DNA of 64,000 nt from positions 4,776,953 through 4,840,952 of the forward strand of contig JBJCIZ010000239.1 of NCBI GenBank assembly GCA_051294375.1. Reading direction: 5' to 3'. The notes beneath the pieces are model-generated. The model did no database searches. It was not told where the DNA came from and worked only from the letters and a program-made list of their open reading frames with translations. Source of the stretch: Paraspadella gotoi (lineage: Eukaryota > Animalia > Chaetognatha). The position numbers were made by a program, and so were the translations under genes. Shown piece by piece: positions 48,500-62,648 of the stretch. Every line of letters begins with the position of its first letter. Position 1 is the stretch's first letter.

Positions 48500-50250
48500 G
48501 TCGCCTCGTTCAGACGTTGTTGTTGTTGTTGTTGTTGACGCCTCGTTCAGACGTTTTCGTCGTCGTCGTTGACACGTCGTTGTCGTTTTCGTCGTCGTCG
48601 TCGTCAGCGTAGCTTCATTCGAATTTGTTGCTCAGTTTTCAATCGACATTATCTTTGCCTAGTTTAGCAGTTGTCATCATCGTAATCAAGCTTTTTTCTA
48701 GTTGTCGTTGTCGTCGTCGTTGTTATCGTCGTCGTCGTTGTCATCTATCATCTTCTTCCCCGTCGTCGGCATCATTTTCGATTCTTTGTCATCCTTGATG
48801 TCATTTTTCCTCCCGAAAATAACCTCATCTTTGTCATTAAAAAACAAATTCCCGTCAATTAGTCATCTTGAATGACGTTGTTTTTTTTTTCTTGTCGTCG
48901 TTGTTGTTATTTCGGTGTCGTCTGCTTCCTCGTCGTCGTCATCGTCGTCGTCAGCGTCGTCTGCTTCATCGTCGTCGTCGTCGTCGTCATCTTCGTCGTC
49001 TTCTTTCTCTTTCCATCCCAATCTTCTCATTACTCACGGAATCTCTCTTTGCTTCCGCGACAGACGTCGTCATTCGTCTGTCTTCCATCATCTGTATCAT
49101 CTTTGTCTCTTATGACCCAGAATTATCGCGCCCTCTCGGTCATCATCTTTGTCAAATTGTCATCTTTAACGAATCGTTGTTTTCGTCAATTTTCATTTTT
49201 GTGTTGCTGTTGTTGTTGTTGTTGTCTTCGCCTCTTCAAGCTTCCATCGTCGTCTTCGTCGTCGTCGTCTTCGTCGTCGTCGTCGTCGTCGCGAAACCAG
49301 AGATATAAATCGTTTTGCTGAAGTGGGGCATCGTCTCTCGCGAAAAGGTCGTTTATCGTCCTCGTCGTTGTCGTCGTCGTCGTTGTGTCGTCATCGTCGT
49401 CATTATCGTCGTCATCGTCGTCATGGTAGGTATCGTTGTCGTCGTCATAATAGTTGATACGGAAGTAATCACTGTTTGTGTTGTCATCGTAGTAATTTTC
49501 GTCCTCGTTGTCGTCATCATCATTGCCATCATCATCGGTATGGTATTTATCATCATCATCTTCATCAAAATCGTTCTCATTTTCGTCATTGTCATCATCA
49601 TCATCATCATCGTTGATTTTGTAGTTATTGTCACCGTCAATGTTCTCATCATTGTTGTCATTATCATCCTGGTCTTTGTCGTACTTGTTGTCATCGTCAT
49701 TGACAATGTAGTTATCGTCGTCATTGTCTTTATCATCATCATCATCATCATCATTATCATCGTCNNNNNNNNNNNNNNNNNNNNNNNNNAATATGGTAGT
49801 TATCGTCATCATCATCATCATTGTACGCCATCATGTACGACGTTGGTAGTTTATCCGCCTTTTCGTCATCGTCGTCGTCATCATCATCATCCCATCAATC
49901 ATTCATATCATCATCACTCATCATTATCAATCATCATCACTCATCATCATCATCTTTGTGGCTCATCATTGTCGACTTGGTATTATGCCTTCTTCGTCTT
50001 CCTCGTCGATCATCATCATCCAGGCCATCATCTCATATCAATCATGCATGGCATCAATCTCATCAATCATCGTCATCATCATCACATGGGTAAGTATATC
50101 ATCGGGGTCGAGTCGATCGTCCGGTCATCAGCGGCACGGTCCAATTCCGCTGAGGGATCACGACTGGCGCGTACCGAAGATCATCATCATCATCATCATC
50201 ATCATCGTCATCATCATCAACATGGTAGTTATCATCGTCGTCGTCGTCAT
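48500..50250. repeat. Long GTC/ATC cryptic microsatellite region
   Basis: Direct inspection; source of the poly-V/I, poly-D, poly-H and poly-S ORFs. Confidence 0.85.
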
Positions 50251-50909
50251 CAGCGGACGTCAATTCCCCGCTGAGGGATCCGCGTACGAAACGCCGTCGT
50301 TTGCCGATTCCAGAACGAGGCCCGAATAAACAAACAAAGGAACAGGCGGATGTTTTTTTGTTTTTTTGTTTTTATGGTTTCGTAAATAAACAAAAAAAAN
50401 NNNNNNNNNNNNNNNNNNNNNNNNNNNNNNNNNNNNNNNNNNNNNNNNNNNNNNNNNNNNNNNNNNNNNNNNNNNNNNNNNNNNNNNNNNNNNNNNNNNN
50501 NNNNNNNNNNNNNNNNNNNNNNNNNNNNNNNNNNNNNNNNNNNNNNNNNNNNNNNNNNNNNNNNNNNNNNNNNNNNNNNNNNNNNNNNNNNNNNNNNNNN
50601 NNNNNNNNNNNNNNNNNNNNNNNNNNNNNNNNNNNNNNNNNNNNNNNNNNNNNNNNNNNNNNNNNNNNNNNNNNNNNNNNNNNNNNNNNNNNNNNNNNNN
50701 NNNNNNNNNNNNNNNNNNNNNNNNNNNNNNNNNNNNNNNNNNNNNNNNNNNNNNNNNNNNNNNNNNNNNNNNNNNNNNNNAGTTCCGAATCAAAAAATTA
50801 TTTAAATGTATTATCCTTACAGTAAATTAAATTTTGTATTAGATACGATTGACATACTGAGTTTTTTTAAGGTTAATACTTCAGAGACCAACCGATTTTT
50901 TTTTTCATT

Positions 50910-51133
50910 TTTCCAATTTCCAAAAACGCCACATTTCAGCTTAAATTCGAATTTAAGTAATAAAACTCAATTTAAGAATTAGGATTAGGGGTAAGGTTTT
51001 ACCTATTATGCAATGGGGTTGAAAATGATTAAACAATTCGGTAAAATATTAAAGCTAAAAAAGGTGTAAAACTAAATTTTTTGAACCGAGGAAATAATAA
51101 ACAGAAAGCTGGTCGTTTTCGGAAAATAGCGCC
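50910..51133. mobile_element. TTAGGG-containing MITE, degenerate copy
   Basis: tttccaaaaacgccacatttc ... ttaggattaggggtaagg ... gtcgttttcggaaaatagcgcc. Confidence 0.5.
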
Positions 51134-51951
51134 TGTTTTTTTTTTCTACACAGACACCCACGACCACCCCGACACGCTCGCGACGAGTCTTCGCTTGAAA
51201 AGAAGGAAATAGATGTTTTAGTGTTATGTCCTTTAGTCGTCGCCAACCGTAAAGTCGATCAGCGGAGGATTTTGCATTAAGTGATTACGATGATGACGAT
51301 GAAAGGCGATGAACGATGAACGATGAACGATGAAAGATGAACGATGAACTATGAAAAATGACAATGTATGATGTTGAAGGATGAACGACGATGAACGACA
51401 ATGAACGATAAGCGATGATAAATGGCAATGTATGATGATGAACGATGAACGAAGATGAACGACAATGAACGATGATAAATGGCAATAGATGATGATGACG
51501 ATGACTGGTGAACGATGACGGATGAAGAATAATATTAACGATTATGAATGAAAATTGAAAAACCTAGAATAACAAAAACTTACGACGAAAAACAAAAACA
51601 ATAAATATCAATGAATGACAAATGAACGATTAATAAAAATGAACAGCGAACGTTGAATGGCCAAAAAACGGAAACATAAACAATTAATAATAAAAATAAT
51701 AATAAACAAATAAATTGTGAACGAGAAATTGATGAGCGATGAACAAGTACAATAGAGTGAGGATTTTGAACGATGAACGAAGACGAACGGGGACGACGAC
51801 GAAGACGACGACGACGACGACGACGANNNNNNNNNNNNNNNNNNNNNNNNNCGACGACGACGACCGAGAACGAGCAACGACGACGCCGTCTACGCTCTAT
51901 CTGGCAGTAACTGCCGCGTCCATAAAAATCTCGCGTTTACGGGCACACCAC

Positions 51952-52048
<97 letters not shown>

Positions 52049-52327
52049 CCATTCTCTCTCCTCGTCTTCTTCTCTCATCTTATGGATAAGCAACGAGGCG
52101 ACAAAGTTGCGAATCGAGGAATTTTATCCCAAGTTTACGTTTGAGGGTTTAAACTCGGATGTATCACGTGACCCCTTGGGGTTGGAACTCGGGATCGGAT
52201 TGGCTTTCAGGCGTCTTGGGTTTTACTTTTAGCTTTTATGTTACATTTTATGTAACATTGAATTGTAGTGGAGCGATGCAACAAGTTTACCCCCGTCTAT
52301 TAGCAGGACACCTTAAGGCGTGTCCCG

Positions 52328-52538
52328 ATTGAGTAATACCGTCAGCTCATGACCAATAGGTAACGGGAGCGATCCCCAACGGTAGTTACCCTGCGGGAAA
52401 CGTGTGGACAGCCATAAACCGCCTTTGGAGCGTGAGAAACCCTCTACCATGGTTCCAAGCCATGTTCCATGGCTGTTGAAGGCGGTGTAAGAATTTGTGG
52501 ATAGCTCTCTTCAGCCCACATAGAGCCTTATCCACATA
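52328..52538 (+). mobile_element. tRNA-derived SINE, copy 5
   Basis: attgagtaataccgtcagctcatgacc...accctgcgggaaacgtgtggacagcc...ccttatccacata. Confidence 0.8.
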
Positions 52539-52835
52539 ATGACCACTTTCCTAAAACTTGAACATCACCTAAAAAAATAAGGCACAGTCGTACAAACCAA
52601 ACTTCAGAAACGTAGTTTTTTTAGTACCACGACCACAACGTTAAAAACAACCACAACCAGAACAACCACGATGACGTCGACAACCAAAACGACGACAAAA
52701 ACAAAACATCGACAACAACCACAGAAATAACGACGTTATCAAGAATCACAACAACAACAACGGCCACAACCGGAACCACAACAACAACAACAACTCGTGA
52801 AACCGATGAAGCGACGAAGAGAGACGAGGGCAAAA

Positions 52836-52868
52836 ATGGCGGAGGCGCCGAGTTGTGAATCCACGATG
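52836..52868 (+). CDS. Candidate first coding micro-exon MAEAPSCESTM
   Basis: caaaaATGGCGG start (Kozak/YY1-like), 11 codons, ATG|GTGAGT phase-0 donor. Confidence 0.4.
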
Positions 52869-53206
52869 GTGAGTTATCACCGACGACGACGACGACGACG
52901 ACCATGATGACGGCGACGACGATAACGACGATGACGACGGCGACGACACATTGGAATGTCATGATTACGAATTCTTCGATGAAAAACATGATGTTGATAA
53001 TAATGATGGTGATTATGATGATGATGGTGATGATGACGATGATAATAAATACGAATAGATAACTATGAATAAGGAACACGATGATGAGAAAACCCGCTCG
53101 AGGATAATTGATAATTGATAAGTGGAATGCAATTTTTTTTTTCTCCCTCGTTCCTCGTTTAATTCCAGAGCAAGATTGAATTCATTTTCTAATCAAATTG
53201 TTGGAC

Positions 53207-53330
<124 letters not shown>

Positions 53331-53483
53331 TAATCCGTAATGGTCGGACATTATAAACATTGACAGCGGTTGGTGATGATCGTGATGATGACGATGATGA
53401 CGATGATGATGATGATTGAAAATGACGACAACGACGTCCCTAACGGTACGATAAAAATGACAATGACAATGATTCACAAAAGA

Positions 53484-53523
<40 letters not shown>

Positions 53524-53902
53524 GTGAGAAGAGAGAATTGGCTTCGCTGCCCACTGGTGAATCTTTGATGGTGAGTTATCGTCGATGACCACGACGAACG
53601 ACCAATAACGATGACGACGACGACGACGACGAACTACGAATAACAACAACAACAAACGACGACAAGAAAGACAAACAGTGACGAACTACGAACTACGAAT
53701 GATGACAAACAACGACAAAGACGAACAACGACGAACGACGACAACCAACAAACGACAATGATGAATAAGGATGACGAACGACGACGAACGACAAAGACGT
53801 ACTAAAACGAACGACGAACGACGACGAACGACGAACGACGATAGCAAAAGACAAACGATCTTCGGGTTACGCGAACAAATTGAGGTGAGGCTTCGGTCGT
53901 CG

Positions 53903-53907
53903 ATGGA

Positions 53908-53967
<60 letters not shown>

Positions 53968-54031
53968 GGCGCCGGCGGCGGCGATGTCGCCAATAGCGAA
54001 GATGGACGCCGTTCTCGTTTTCGGTTGCGAC
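53903..54031 (+). CDS. Candidate first coding exon with poly-Ala (MEEAAAAAAAATAAAAAAAPAAAPAAAMSPIAKMDAVLVFGCD)
   Basis: Only long (GCG)n tract in the window; 43 codons ending at a GAC|GTAAGA phase-0 donor, followed by T-rich intron-like sequence. Confidence 0.35.
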
Positions 54032-54419
54032 GTAAGAAACAAAATGGAATTTTTGACGGTTTTTTTTTTCTTTCTTTTTTTTATTAAAAAAATATATTTT
54101 AGTGACGAATGGAAAATAATAGAGAGAGATATCTTGCTTTTAAGTCATTACTGATGATGAATTAGAAAATAAATGGCAAAGAACTGAATATTTTATCGTG
54201 TTCATTTGTTCTCCGATACTCCATAATGAAGTATTTTCATTTAAAAATGGTATAATATTGACAGATATTGGCGGAAATCAAAGATCCGCCAACTGCAGGC
54301 CATTGACATCTGCTTTTCATTGCCGACCATTGCGTTGCAGTCTGCCCTGCATTGCGATCGTCTGCTAGAGTATTGCCGATTTTCAGCAAAGTTTATGGCG
54401 GAACACGATCGCCCAACTT

Positions 54420-54782
54420 CGTCTCTCTTTTCCGATATTTACCCATTTCTGTTCGCTCATCCCAGAATTTAAATTTAACTTTAATATTCATCCTTAATAT
54501 AATTTTAATATATTTATACAAATTTCAAACACGAATCTTTAAGCCTAAACTAATCCTGAACCCTAACCCTAAACCCTCATCATTAATTCTAAACCCTAAC
54601 CTCCAACCCTAAATACTAGTCATTTATTCAAATCCCTGTGGACGGAGTAACCCTAATCACAAATCAATTCTTAATCACTAACCTAATCTCTAACCCTAAC
54701 CTCTAACCCAAACTTTAACTAAAAAAATTAACCTAATTCCGAATTTAAGACAAAATGGGGGCGTTCTGGGAAAATAAGGCGC
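54420..54782. mobile_element. TTAGGG-containing MITE, C-rich orientation
   Basis: ttttccgatatttacccatttc ... ccctaaccctaaaccc ... aaaatgggggcgttctgggaaaataaggcg. Confidence 0.65.
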
Positions 54783-54817
54783 CTCATCTCTATCAACTGT
54801 GGTTCAGGCTAAACAAT

Positions 54818-54885
54818 GACCCATGCCATCCACCCATGCCCTCAACCCATGCCCTCAACCCATGCCCTCACCCATGCCATCCACC
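54818..54885 (+). repeat. Short tandem repeat ACCCATGCCCTCA
   Basis: About five units. Confidence 0.8.
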
Positions 54886-55031
54886 TTGCAACGCGATCGA
54901 TACGCCCCCCCCCCAAGTTCCCCCGCTCAGTATCTCTCGGTTAAGATTCACTATAGTTTGATATAACGAGGGCGTTCCGTCGACCCTCTCCCTCTAGCGG
55001 TTTAGTTTTTAGGCGAATTCTCTTCTCCTCT

Positions 55032-55063
<32 letters not shown>

Positions 55064-56039
55064 CTCTTCTCTTCTCTCTCTTCTCTCTCTCTCGTCGTCA
55101 TCGTCGCTCTCCTGTGGTTCAGTCGACCGCCTGGACGAAAATGGAATCGGCGCTCTTTGTCTCCTTAGTTACGTGATGACGACGACGACGAGACGACGGA
55201 CGACGCGATCGACGACGACGACATGATGATGATTGATGATAATGATGATGATGATATGATGATGATGATGACCATGACGGGGTAAATAATAACGAAGACA
55301 ATTACGAAAATAAAACGAACGACGACAATAATTTTACCGATCATATTTAAATTATTATAGCGATAACATTATTAAAACAATAATTACGATAATACCATCT
55401 ATATATTACCAACAACTACCGTATGACTAACTGGGAAAAAAATTCATGAAATAAAAACACCTAAACTAGACTTTATTATACGAAGTTAATCATCTAATTA
55501 AAAAAAAAGTGATGATATTAAACGTCGACTCAAACAGCGCGAGTCTCGATTCTCCGCCATAAAAAAAAAAAAAAAAAATTCTCGGTCCTCAAGATTTATT
55601 GGTGAAAAAAATGAAAAAATAAAAAGCGTTCCTGTCGTGCGCGACAGGTCGTCTCGTTATAACCGTTTTTCACTGTAGTTCCTACGGGCAATTTGCTATT
55701 TATATATATTTTTTTTTATCGCCTATTATACATAACGAGGTTGTGGGGAGGAAGAGGGGGAAGGAGTCAAACACATTCACAATCGCAGGATATCATTTAA
55801 GTGAGTAGACGGAGATTTCAACATGAAACCAAAAGTAGATTTTATTCTCAGAAAAGTCACAAGCAAAGACGGTCACAGAATTTGAGACAGATGGATTCAG
55901 TACAAAATGGTCAGGTATTTATACAATGCAATCGGATCATCGACACGGGCTCGTTTTTTCGATGGCATCATTTAAGCCTATTGGCCGGTTCCATTCGGGT
56001 CTCGACCAATCAGAGAGTTTGATTCCATTTCGGTGATTT

Positions 56040-56160
56040 ATTATCCTGTAAGAGTGATGGAGACCTTAAACCACCAAAGCCTGTCCAAAGTCAGGGGCAA
56101 GATATCTTATTGATTAAATGAATGGATAATTTTTATTTTGGTTGTACCAATTTTATAAAT
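56040..56160 (-). repeat. Dispersed repeat family B, reverse copy
   Basis: Reverse complement of 2640-2730 and 38855-38915 (ccttaaaccaccaaagcctgtccaaagtcaggggcaagata...ggttgtaccaattt). Confidence 0.8.
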
Positions 56161-57861
56161 AGACGAGGAAAGAAATAAACAATTAAACAATTAAACATAT
56201 ATACAAATAAGAGTCTGTCATAGGCGAAGGACGAGGAGAAAACAATTTAAATTAAAAATATATCTTCTTTTATTTGCCACGTTAACGAAATAATCATTAC
56301 AATGAGTAACAATAATGTTATATTGAAATCAAACAGTTTAATTACCTTTTTTTGAATTCGAATACTTTAATACTACTTCTTCATTCAGTTTTCTCATTTT
56401 TTTTTAAATTACAATTTATTTTATTTATTTTTCTCTTCATTTTTTTTATCTTACGGCACGTGACAAGCTCAATATTTTTTCTTTACTTCGAAAGCAAATA
56501 ACATGCAGCGAAAAGCTATCAATTTTAGAAANNNNNNNNNNNNNNNNNNNNNNNNNNNNNNNNNNNNNNNNNNNNNNNNNNNNNNNNNNNNNNNNNNNNN
56601 NNNNNNNNNNNNNNNNNNNNNNNNNNNNNNNNNNNNNNNNNNNNNNNNNNNNNNNNNNNNNNNNNNNNNNNNNNNNNNNNNNNNNNNNNNNNNNNNNNNN
56701 NNNNNNNNNNNNNNNNNNNNNNNNNNNNNNNNNNNNNNNNNNNNNNNNNNNNNNNNNNNNNNAGTAATTTAAAAAATTATTTTAACATTAACATTTTATA
56801 AATACAGACTGTGTTTCGTATTCGCTGCCAAAGATATTTTTGTTGTTGTTGTTGTNNNNNNNNNNNNNNNNNNNNNNNNNNNNNNNNNNNNNNNNNNNNN
56901 NNNNNNNNNNNNNNNNNNNAAGAAACAGGAGAAAAAAATAGAAAAAATGTGAGAGATGTAAGAGAGTGAACTGAGAGCGAGAAACTGGAAATGAAGAGAG
57001 AGGAAAAAAAAAGAAAAGATGCGAGAATGAGGAGGAGAGATGAGAAGAGAGGATGTGATGAATACGAAGAGAGAAGGGACGAGGATGCATTCTGAGACGA
57101 TGAGAGGCTTGGCGGGAAGAAAGAGAGGGAGAGAAAAGCAGACGACAGAGGAGGTGATGGGGGCGGAGAAGATAAGGTGGGAGAGGTCATGCTTTCTGTG
57201 GAGAGAGAGACGAGAGAGATGAGGACGCGAGAAAGAGGGAGAAGCATGACGCGTGGACCGGGGGACGGAAGACCGAGAGATGGAGAAGCGAGGATTGGGA
57301 GAGAGAGGAAGTCCAGTTTGCTAAAATTCCTTGATATTATACATTTCTTCTCTCCTTTCCGACTTGTGTACCGGAAAAAGCGCGTGAAGCCTCTACAACC
57401 GAGGCGACAACCGTTAGACTCGCGTTCGTGGAGATATAAGTAAATAGCAGAGCTGGCTGTATCGTGGAAAAGAGGAGAGAGAAAAGGAGAGGAACATAGA
57501 TGAGAAACAGAGAGGAGAGAGAGAGAGACGACCAGAGAAGAGAGCGAGAGAGAGAGACAAAGAAATACAAAGAATCAGCCAGAAAAAAGAAGAAAAAAGG
57601 AATAGAAGAAAGGAAAGATAACACAGAAAGATAGAAACAAGAAGCGACCAAGAAAGAAAGAAAGACAAGAAAAGAAAAAATAAGAAAAGAAAGAAAGGAA
57701 AAAATTTAAAAGTGAGAAAGACAAAGACTAGCAGAACACACGAACCTAAAAAAAAAATGCCAAAGGAGAGTGAGAGAGAAATGAAACACTAAATAAAAAG
57801 AGATAGAAAATGGAAGAGAGAGAGCAGAGAGAAGAGAGAGAAGAACGAGAGACGAGAGAGC

Positions 57862-57897
<36 letters not shown>

Positions 57898-58059
57898 AAG
57901 ACAGAGAGAGAGAGAATGACCCTAAAGCGTATTGTGCGGATTCAGCGATTTCGAGCGAAAAAGAGAGAGAGAAAAAAAAAAGCTGACGTCGTTGACGGAT
58001 GGCGAGGTAAGGTTCTCGTGAAATAGAGCCGACGCTGCGGGTAAGGGTCGGGTCGATGG

Positions 58060-58614
58060 TCATATTTTCTAAAGGTGACCCGTTTCAGCTTGAATCAGGT
58101 TTAAAGATTTGGTTAAAAGTTGGGAATTTTGGTAAAGAATTGGTTTTAGGATTGAATGGAGATTAGAGAGTAAAGATTATTGGGGATAGTGGTTACAGTT
58201 AGGTTTACGGACTGGAGTTACGGATTGGGCTCAGTATTTCAGTTACGGATTAGGATCAGTATTTCAGTTAGGGATTGGGCTAAGTTTTTCAGTTAGGGAT
58301 TGGGCTAAGTATTTTCTAAAAGATATGGGTTGAATATGTGGATTTGGCTGAAGATGACTATTCGTAACTTCTTCTATGGAACGGGTCTTAGGCTTGGAAC
58401 CAAACTTGAAGGTTTTCCATGCCCCCAAGGCGGTTTACAGCCATCCTCACACTTCGCGCAGGGTAGGTACCGGGTTGGGATTGAAACCGGTAACTATAAG
58501 ACTAAAAGTTTTATGCTTACAGGTGAACTATAAGTAAACTTATGCAATACCCGACTACAAATATTTTACTAGAAATTAAATTCAGAAATGGGGCTCTTTC
58601 GCAAAACAGTGCCG
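58060..58614. mobile_element. TTAGGG-containing MITE with a nested SINE
   Basis: Left tattttctaaaggtgacccgtttc; ttagg-like interior with a 24 bp sub-repeat ggattgggctcagtatttcagtta; right gaaatggggctctttcgcaaaacagtgcc. Confidence 0.5.
58338..58492 (-). mobile_element. tRNA-derived SINE, copy 6 (5' truncated)
   Basis: gaagatgactat...tggaacgggtc...cagggtaggtaccgggttgggattgaa. Confidence 0.75.
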
Positions 58615-58690
58615 GATAGAGCTCAGGGGGTAAGAGTGAAATGTGAATGACAACGTGGCCGTTCTCGCGACGAGGTGAGTACTACGACCT

Positions 58691-59533
58691 GCGATTTTGA
58701 GTCGCGGTTAAAGTCCAACCAGTTTTTTTTGGTTGAGAACCGACGACTAGTTTAAGTCTAGAGGTCTAGGTCTGAGATCTAGGTAAACATAATTTTATTT
58801 CTTTTTTTCTGAATAATGATAATGATAATAGTTTTAAAGAAAATAACAAAAACGAAATGATGAGAGATGGACAATAAGCCAGAACAGGTTGAAAACTCGA
58901 AGTTCTTTCAAATAAATAATGGTTTGGTGACAGTTAGAAAACATGTAAATGAAAATAATTTTTAAAATTTATCTTATTGATAAGCGCACGGAAGCATTTA
59001 AAGATTATTTCATTACTATATAAATATTAATAGATTCTGATAGAGCTTTAAAAGTTAGATAAAGGTTATTAATACAACTTTTTAAAAATGTTTGTTTTAT
59101 TAATGAAAATTTTAAAAAACTATAAAGTTCAGCCAATAAAGATGATGATGATAATTTTTTAAGTTTTTCTTTTTTTTAACCAATTTATTATCAAAATTTA
59201 AAAAAAATTGTAGTACTAACTTTCATTTAACTTTTGAAGCTCTATAGGAATCCGTCCTTAAAAAATAAATAACTTTTTTTTCTTTCATTTCTTATATATT
59301 AATAAATATTAAAAAGTTTCAGTGCAACAACCCAATGAACGAGTTGAAAAGGTGGCATTGAAAATCGATTTAGCAATAGAAGGAAAAAAGAAAATTTTTG
59401 AGAANNNNNNNNNNGCGATTTTGAGTCGCGTTTCAAGTCCAACCAATTTTTTGGTGGAGAATCGACGACTAGTTTAAGTCTAGAGGTCTAGGTCTGAGAT
59501 CTAGGTAAATATAATTTTATATCTTTTTTTCTG

Positions 59534-59564
<31 letters not shown>

Positions 59565-60225
59565 GTTTTTAAGAAAATAACAAAAACGAAATGATGAGAG
59601 ATGGACAATAGGCCGGAAAAGGTTGAAAACTCGAAGTAATGGTTTGGTGACAGTTAGAAAACATGTAAATGAAAATNNNNNNNNNNNNNNNNNNNNNNNN
59701 NNNNNNNNNNNNNNNNNNNNNNNNNNNNNNNNNNNNNNNNNNNNNNNNNNNNNNNNNNNNNNNNNNNNNNNNNNNNNNNNNNNNNNNNNNNNNNNNNNNN
59801 NNNNNNNNNNNNNNNNNNNNNNNNNNNNNNNNNNNNNNNNNNNNNNNNNNNNNNNNNNNNNNNNNNNNNNNNNNNNNNNNNNNNNNNNNNNNNNNNNNNN
59901 NNNNNNNNNNNNNNNNNNNNNNNNNNNNNNNNNNNNNNNNNNNNNCAGCCAATAATGATGATGATGATAATTTTTTAAGGTTTTTGTTTTTTTTAACCAA
60001 TTTATTATCAAAATTTTTAAAAAATTGTAGTACTAACTTTCATTTAACTTTTGAAGCTCTATAGGAATCCGTCCTTAAAAAATAAAATTTAAAATTGTTT
60101 TCTTTCATTTCTTATATATTAATAAATATTTAAAAGTTTCAGTGCAACAACCCAATGAACTAGTTGAAAAGGTGGCATTGAAAATCGATTTAGCAATAGC
60201 AGGAAAAAAGAAATTTTTTGAGAAA
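58691..60225 (+). repeat. ~720 bp tandem duplication separated by a short gap; contains family D
   Basis: gcgattttgagtcgcg begins at 58691 and 59414; both copies end aggaaaaaagaaa..tttttgagaa; scattered differences between them. Confidence 0.85.
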
Positions 60226-60338
60226 ACTAACAGATATAAAAAGTGATAAATTTTGGCCTTAATGGACAAGGAAGTAGGAATAGAAGTAGAAAAAAAAAGG
60301 AAGAAAGAAAGAAGGAAAGAAGGAAAGAAAAAAATAAA

Positions 60339-60397
<59 letters not shown>

Positions 60398-61119
60398 CAA
60401 AAGAGAGAAAGTAAAAAAAGAGAAAAAGACATTAAGAAAAAATAAAGAAAAAAAGAAAGAGTGAGTAAAAGAAAAAAGAGAGAAAGAGAGCGAAAGATAG
60501 AGGAGAGAGAGGTGAAAGAAAGAGAGAAANNNNNNNNNNNNNNNNNNNNNNNNNNNNNNNNNNNNNNNNNNNNNNNNNNNNNNNNNNNNNNNNNNNNNNN
60601 NNNNNNNNNNNNNNNNNNNNNNNNNNNNNNNNNNNNNNNNNNNNNNNNNNNNNNNNNNNNNNNNNNNNNNNNNNNNNNNNNNNNNNNNNNNNNNNNNNNN
60701 NNNNNNNNNNNNNNNNNNNNNNNNNNNNNNNNNNNNNNNNNNNNNNNNNNNNNNNNNNNNNNATCGTTAATAGATGTCGGGTAACGGACGTTAACGACTT
60801 AATTCGCGGTCGGAGCGACAGAAAAGCGAGAAAGAGACATGACAGACGGATCGATGGAACAAGGGGCGATGGACGGACGGACGGGCCTTGACTCGTTTAC
60901 TTTCTTTCTTTCTTTCTTTATTTTTTTTCAATCTTTATTTCCTTCTTTCTTTTTTTCTCTCTTTCTTTCAATCTTTATTATTTCTTTCTTTTTCTCTTTC
61001 TTTTCTCCTCTCTTTGTTTCTCTCTTTCTATCTCTCTCTCTCTCTCTCTCTCTCTCNNNNNNNNNNNNNNNNNNNNNNNNNNNNNNNNNNNNNNNNNNNN
61101 NNNNGAAAGACAGAGAGAG

Positions 61120-61645
61120 AGAGAGATTGTGTCGCAAGTTTGAGTCAACCAAGTTTTTTTAACGATGTTTAAGCAAGACTAATAACGAATTTCCAAGGAG
61201 GACGAATTTTTCTCTTGGGGACCAAGGACTTTCGACGAAAAAAAAAANNNNNNNNNNNNNNNNNNNNNNNNNGTATCGACGAGGAGAAAGCAATAGACAG
61301 GACAAGTACCGAGAAGAGGGAACAACTGCAGAAAAGCACAGACCAAAAGAAGCACATAGAAGAAAGAAAGCAAAGAAATGAAAGCGAACGAAAGAATATG
61401 GCAACAGAACAAGATCAGAAGGAAGGGAACATCAGAAAATAAGAAGAAGCGCCAACTCATAAAGAAACAGAAAGACAGAGCAGAGAGCAGAAGATTGTGT
61501 CGCAAGTTTGCAGTCAAGCCAAGTTTTTTTAAGACGCATGCTGTTAAGAACAAGACTAAGTAATACGCAATGTTCCAACCGCGGACCGTGACCGAAATCT
61601 TTTCTGCTTATGGGACAAGGACTTTCGCGACGGAAAAAAAAAAAA
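61120..61645 (+). repeat. Local direct duplication (~130-150 bp)
   Basis: agattgtgtcgcaagtttg..gtcaa.ccaagtttttt...caagactaa...caaggactttcg.gac.aaaaaa at ~61124 and ~61492. Confidence 0.75.
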
Positions 61646-61654
61646 GAAAATTTA

Positions 61655-62648
61655 GGCTGCTCTTTTACTAAATAGAGTCCCATATCTGCTTGGCCTTAAA
61701 ACCATCCCATAAACTCATCCTTTACCCCAATTCTTAACTCTCATCTATAACCTCAACTTAATCTTTAATTCTAATCCCTAATCTTTAACCCTAAGACACA
61801 ATGAAAAATAACGTGGCGAAACGGTCACGTGCTGATTTTGTCCCTTTAAAATTGTTTCTAACCCAAATTAATTGATTATTACTTTTGGTAATATGTGCGA
61901 TATACACTACTGGACATTACTGTGTCTGACCATAACCCTTGCCCATCAACAAAAAATATTTCTCGTAATAGCCCATTAGAAAGTGTTTATTGACTGACTT
62001 AATAATCGAATTTTTTATATTTTTTTACTGACCCCATTTGACAAGATATAAAAGGTCATGGTTATCATGTCAGTAAGTCTAGTTTACCAGTACCCTTTCT
62101 GCAACCTGCATTCCGAATATTCTTTTTTTCTCTTTCAAATGTATTAAATAAAAAAAATTCTTTGAGAGAACAATCGGTGTGGAGGATGCCATTGGTAAGC
62201 CTTAATTACCCCACTTCCCGATGAAATTTTTAAATGAGGTTTTTTTTTCATCTATTTGAGACATAACACTAACTATTGGTACTATTAATTTTTTTTTCTA
62301 TTACAATTCTATGAATAAATAAAAATAAGTAACTTTTTAAAGAAATTTATCATCTTTTACCCTTTCTTCAGTCATATCTAAAAAACAAAAAAAGATTTTG
62401 CATTGATATTTTGTATATCAACATATAAAACTATAACATTTTAAAAAATAAAAAGAAATATAATAATATTGAACAGTGAATTTTTTTTATGCACGGAACA
62501 GTAACGTTACGCCATTTTTCATCGTGTCCTAAATCCTAGTTCTTTGCCCTCATCACTAACTCAAATCCCTAACCCCAACGCTTAATCTAATCCTTAACCT
62601 ATTCTCTAACCTTTAACCTAATTTTTAAATTCACAAATTAACCTAATT
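61655..62648. repeat. Two further degenerate CCCTAA-rich MITE-like segments (~61655-61800 and ~62490-62648)
   Basis: ccctaatctttaaccctaag; cgccatttttc...ccctaaccccaac...aattaacctaatt. Confidence 0.45.
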
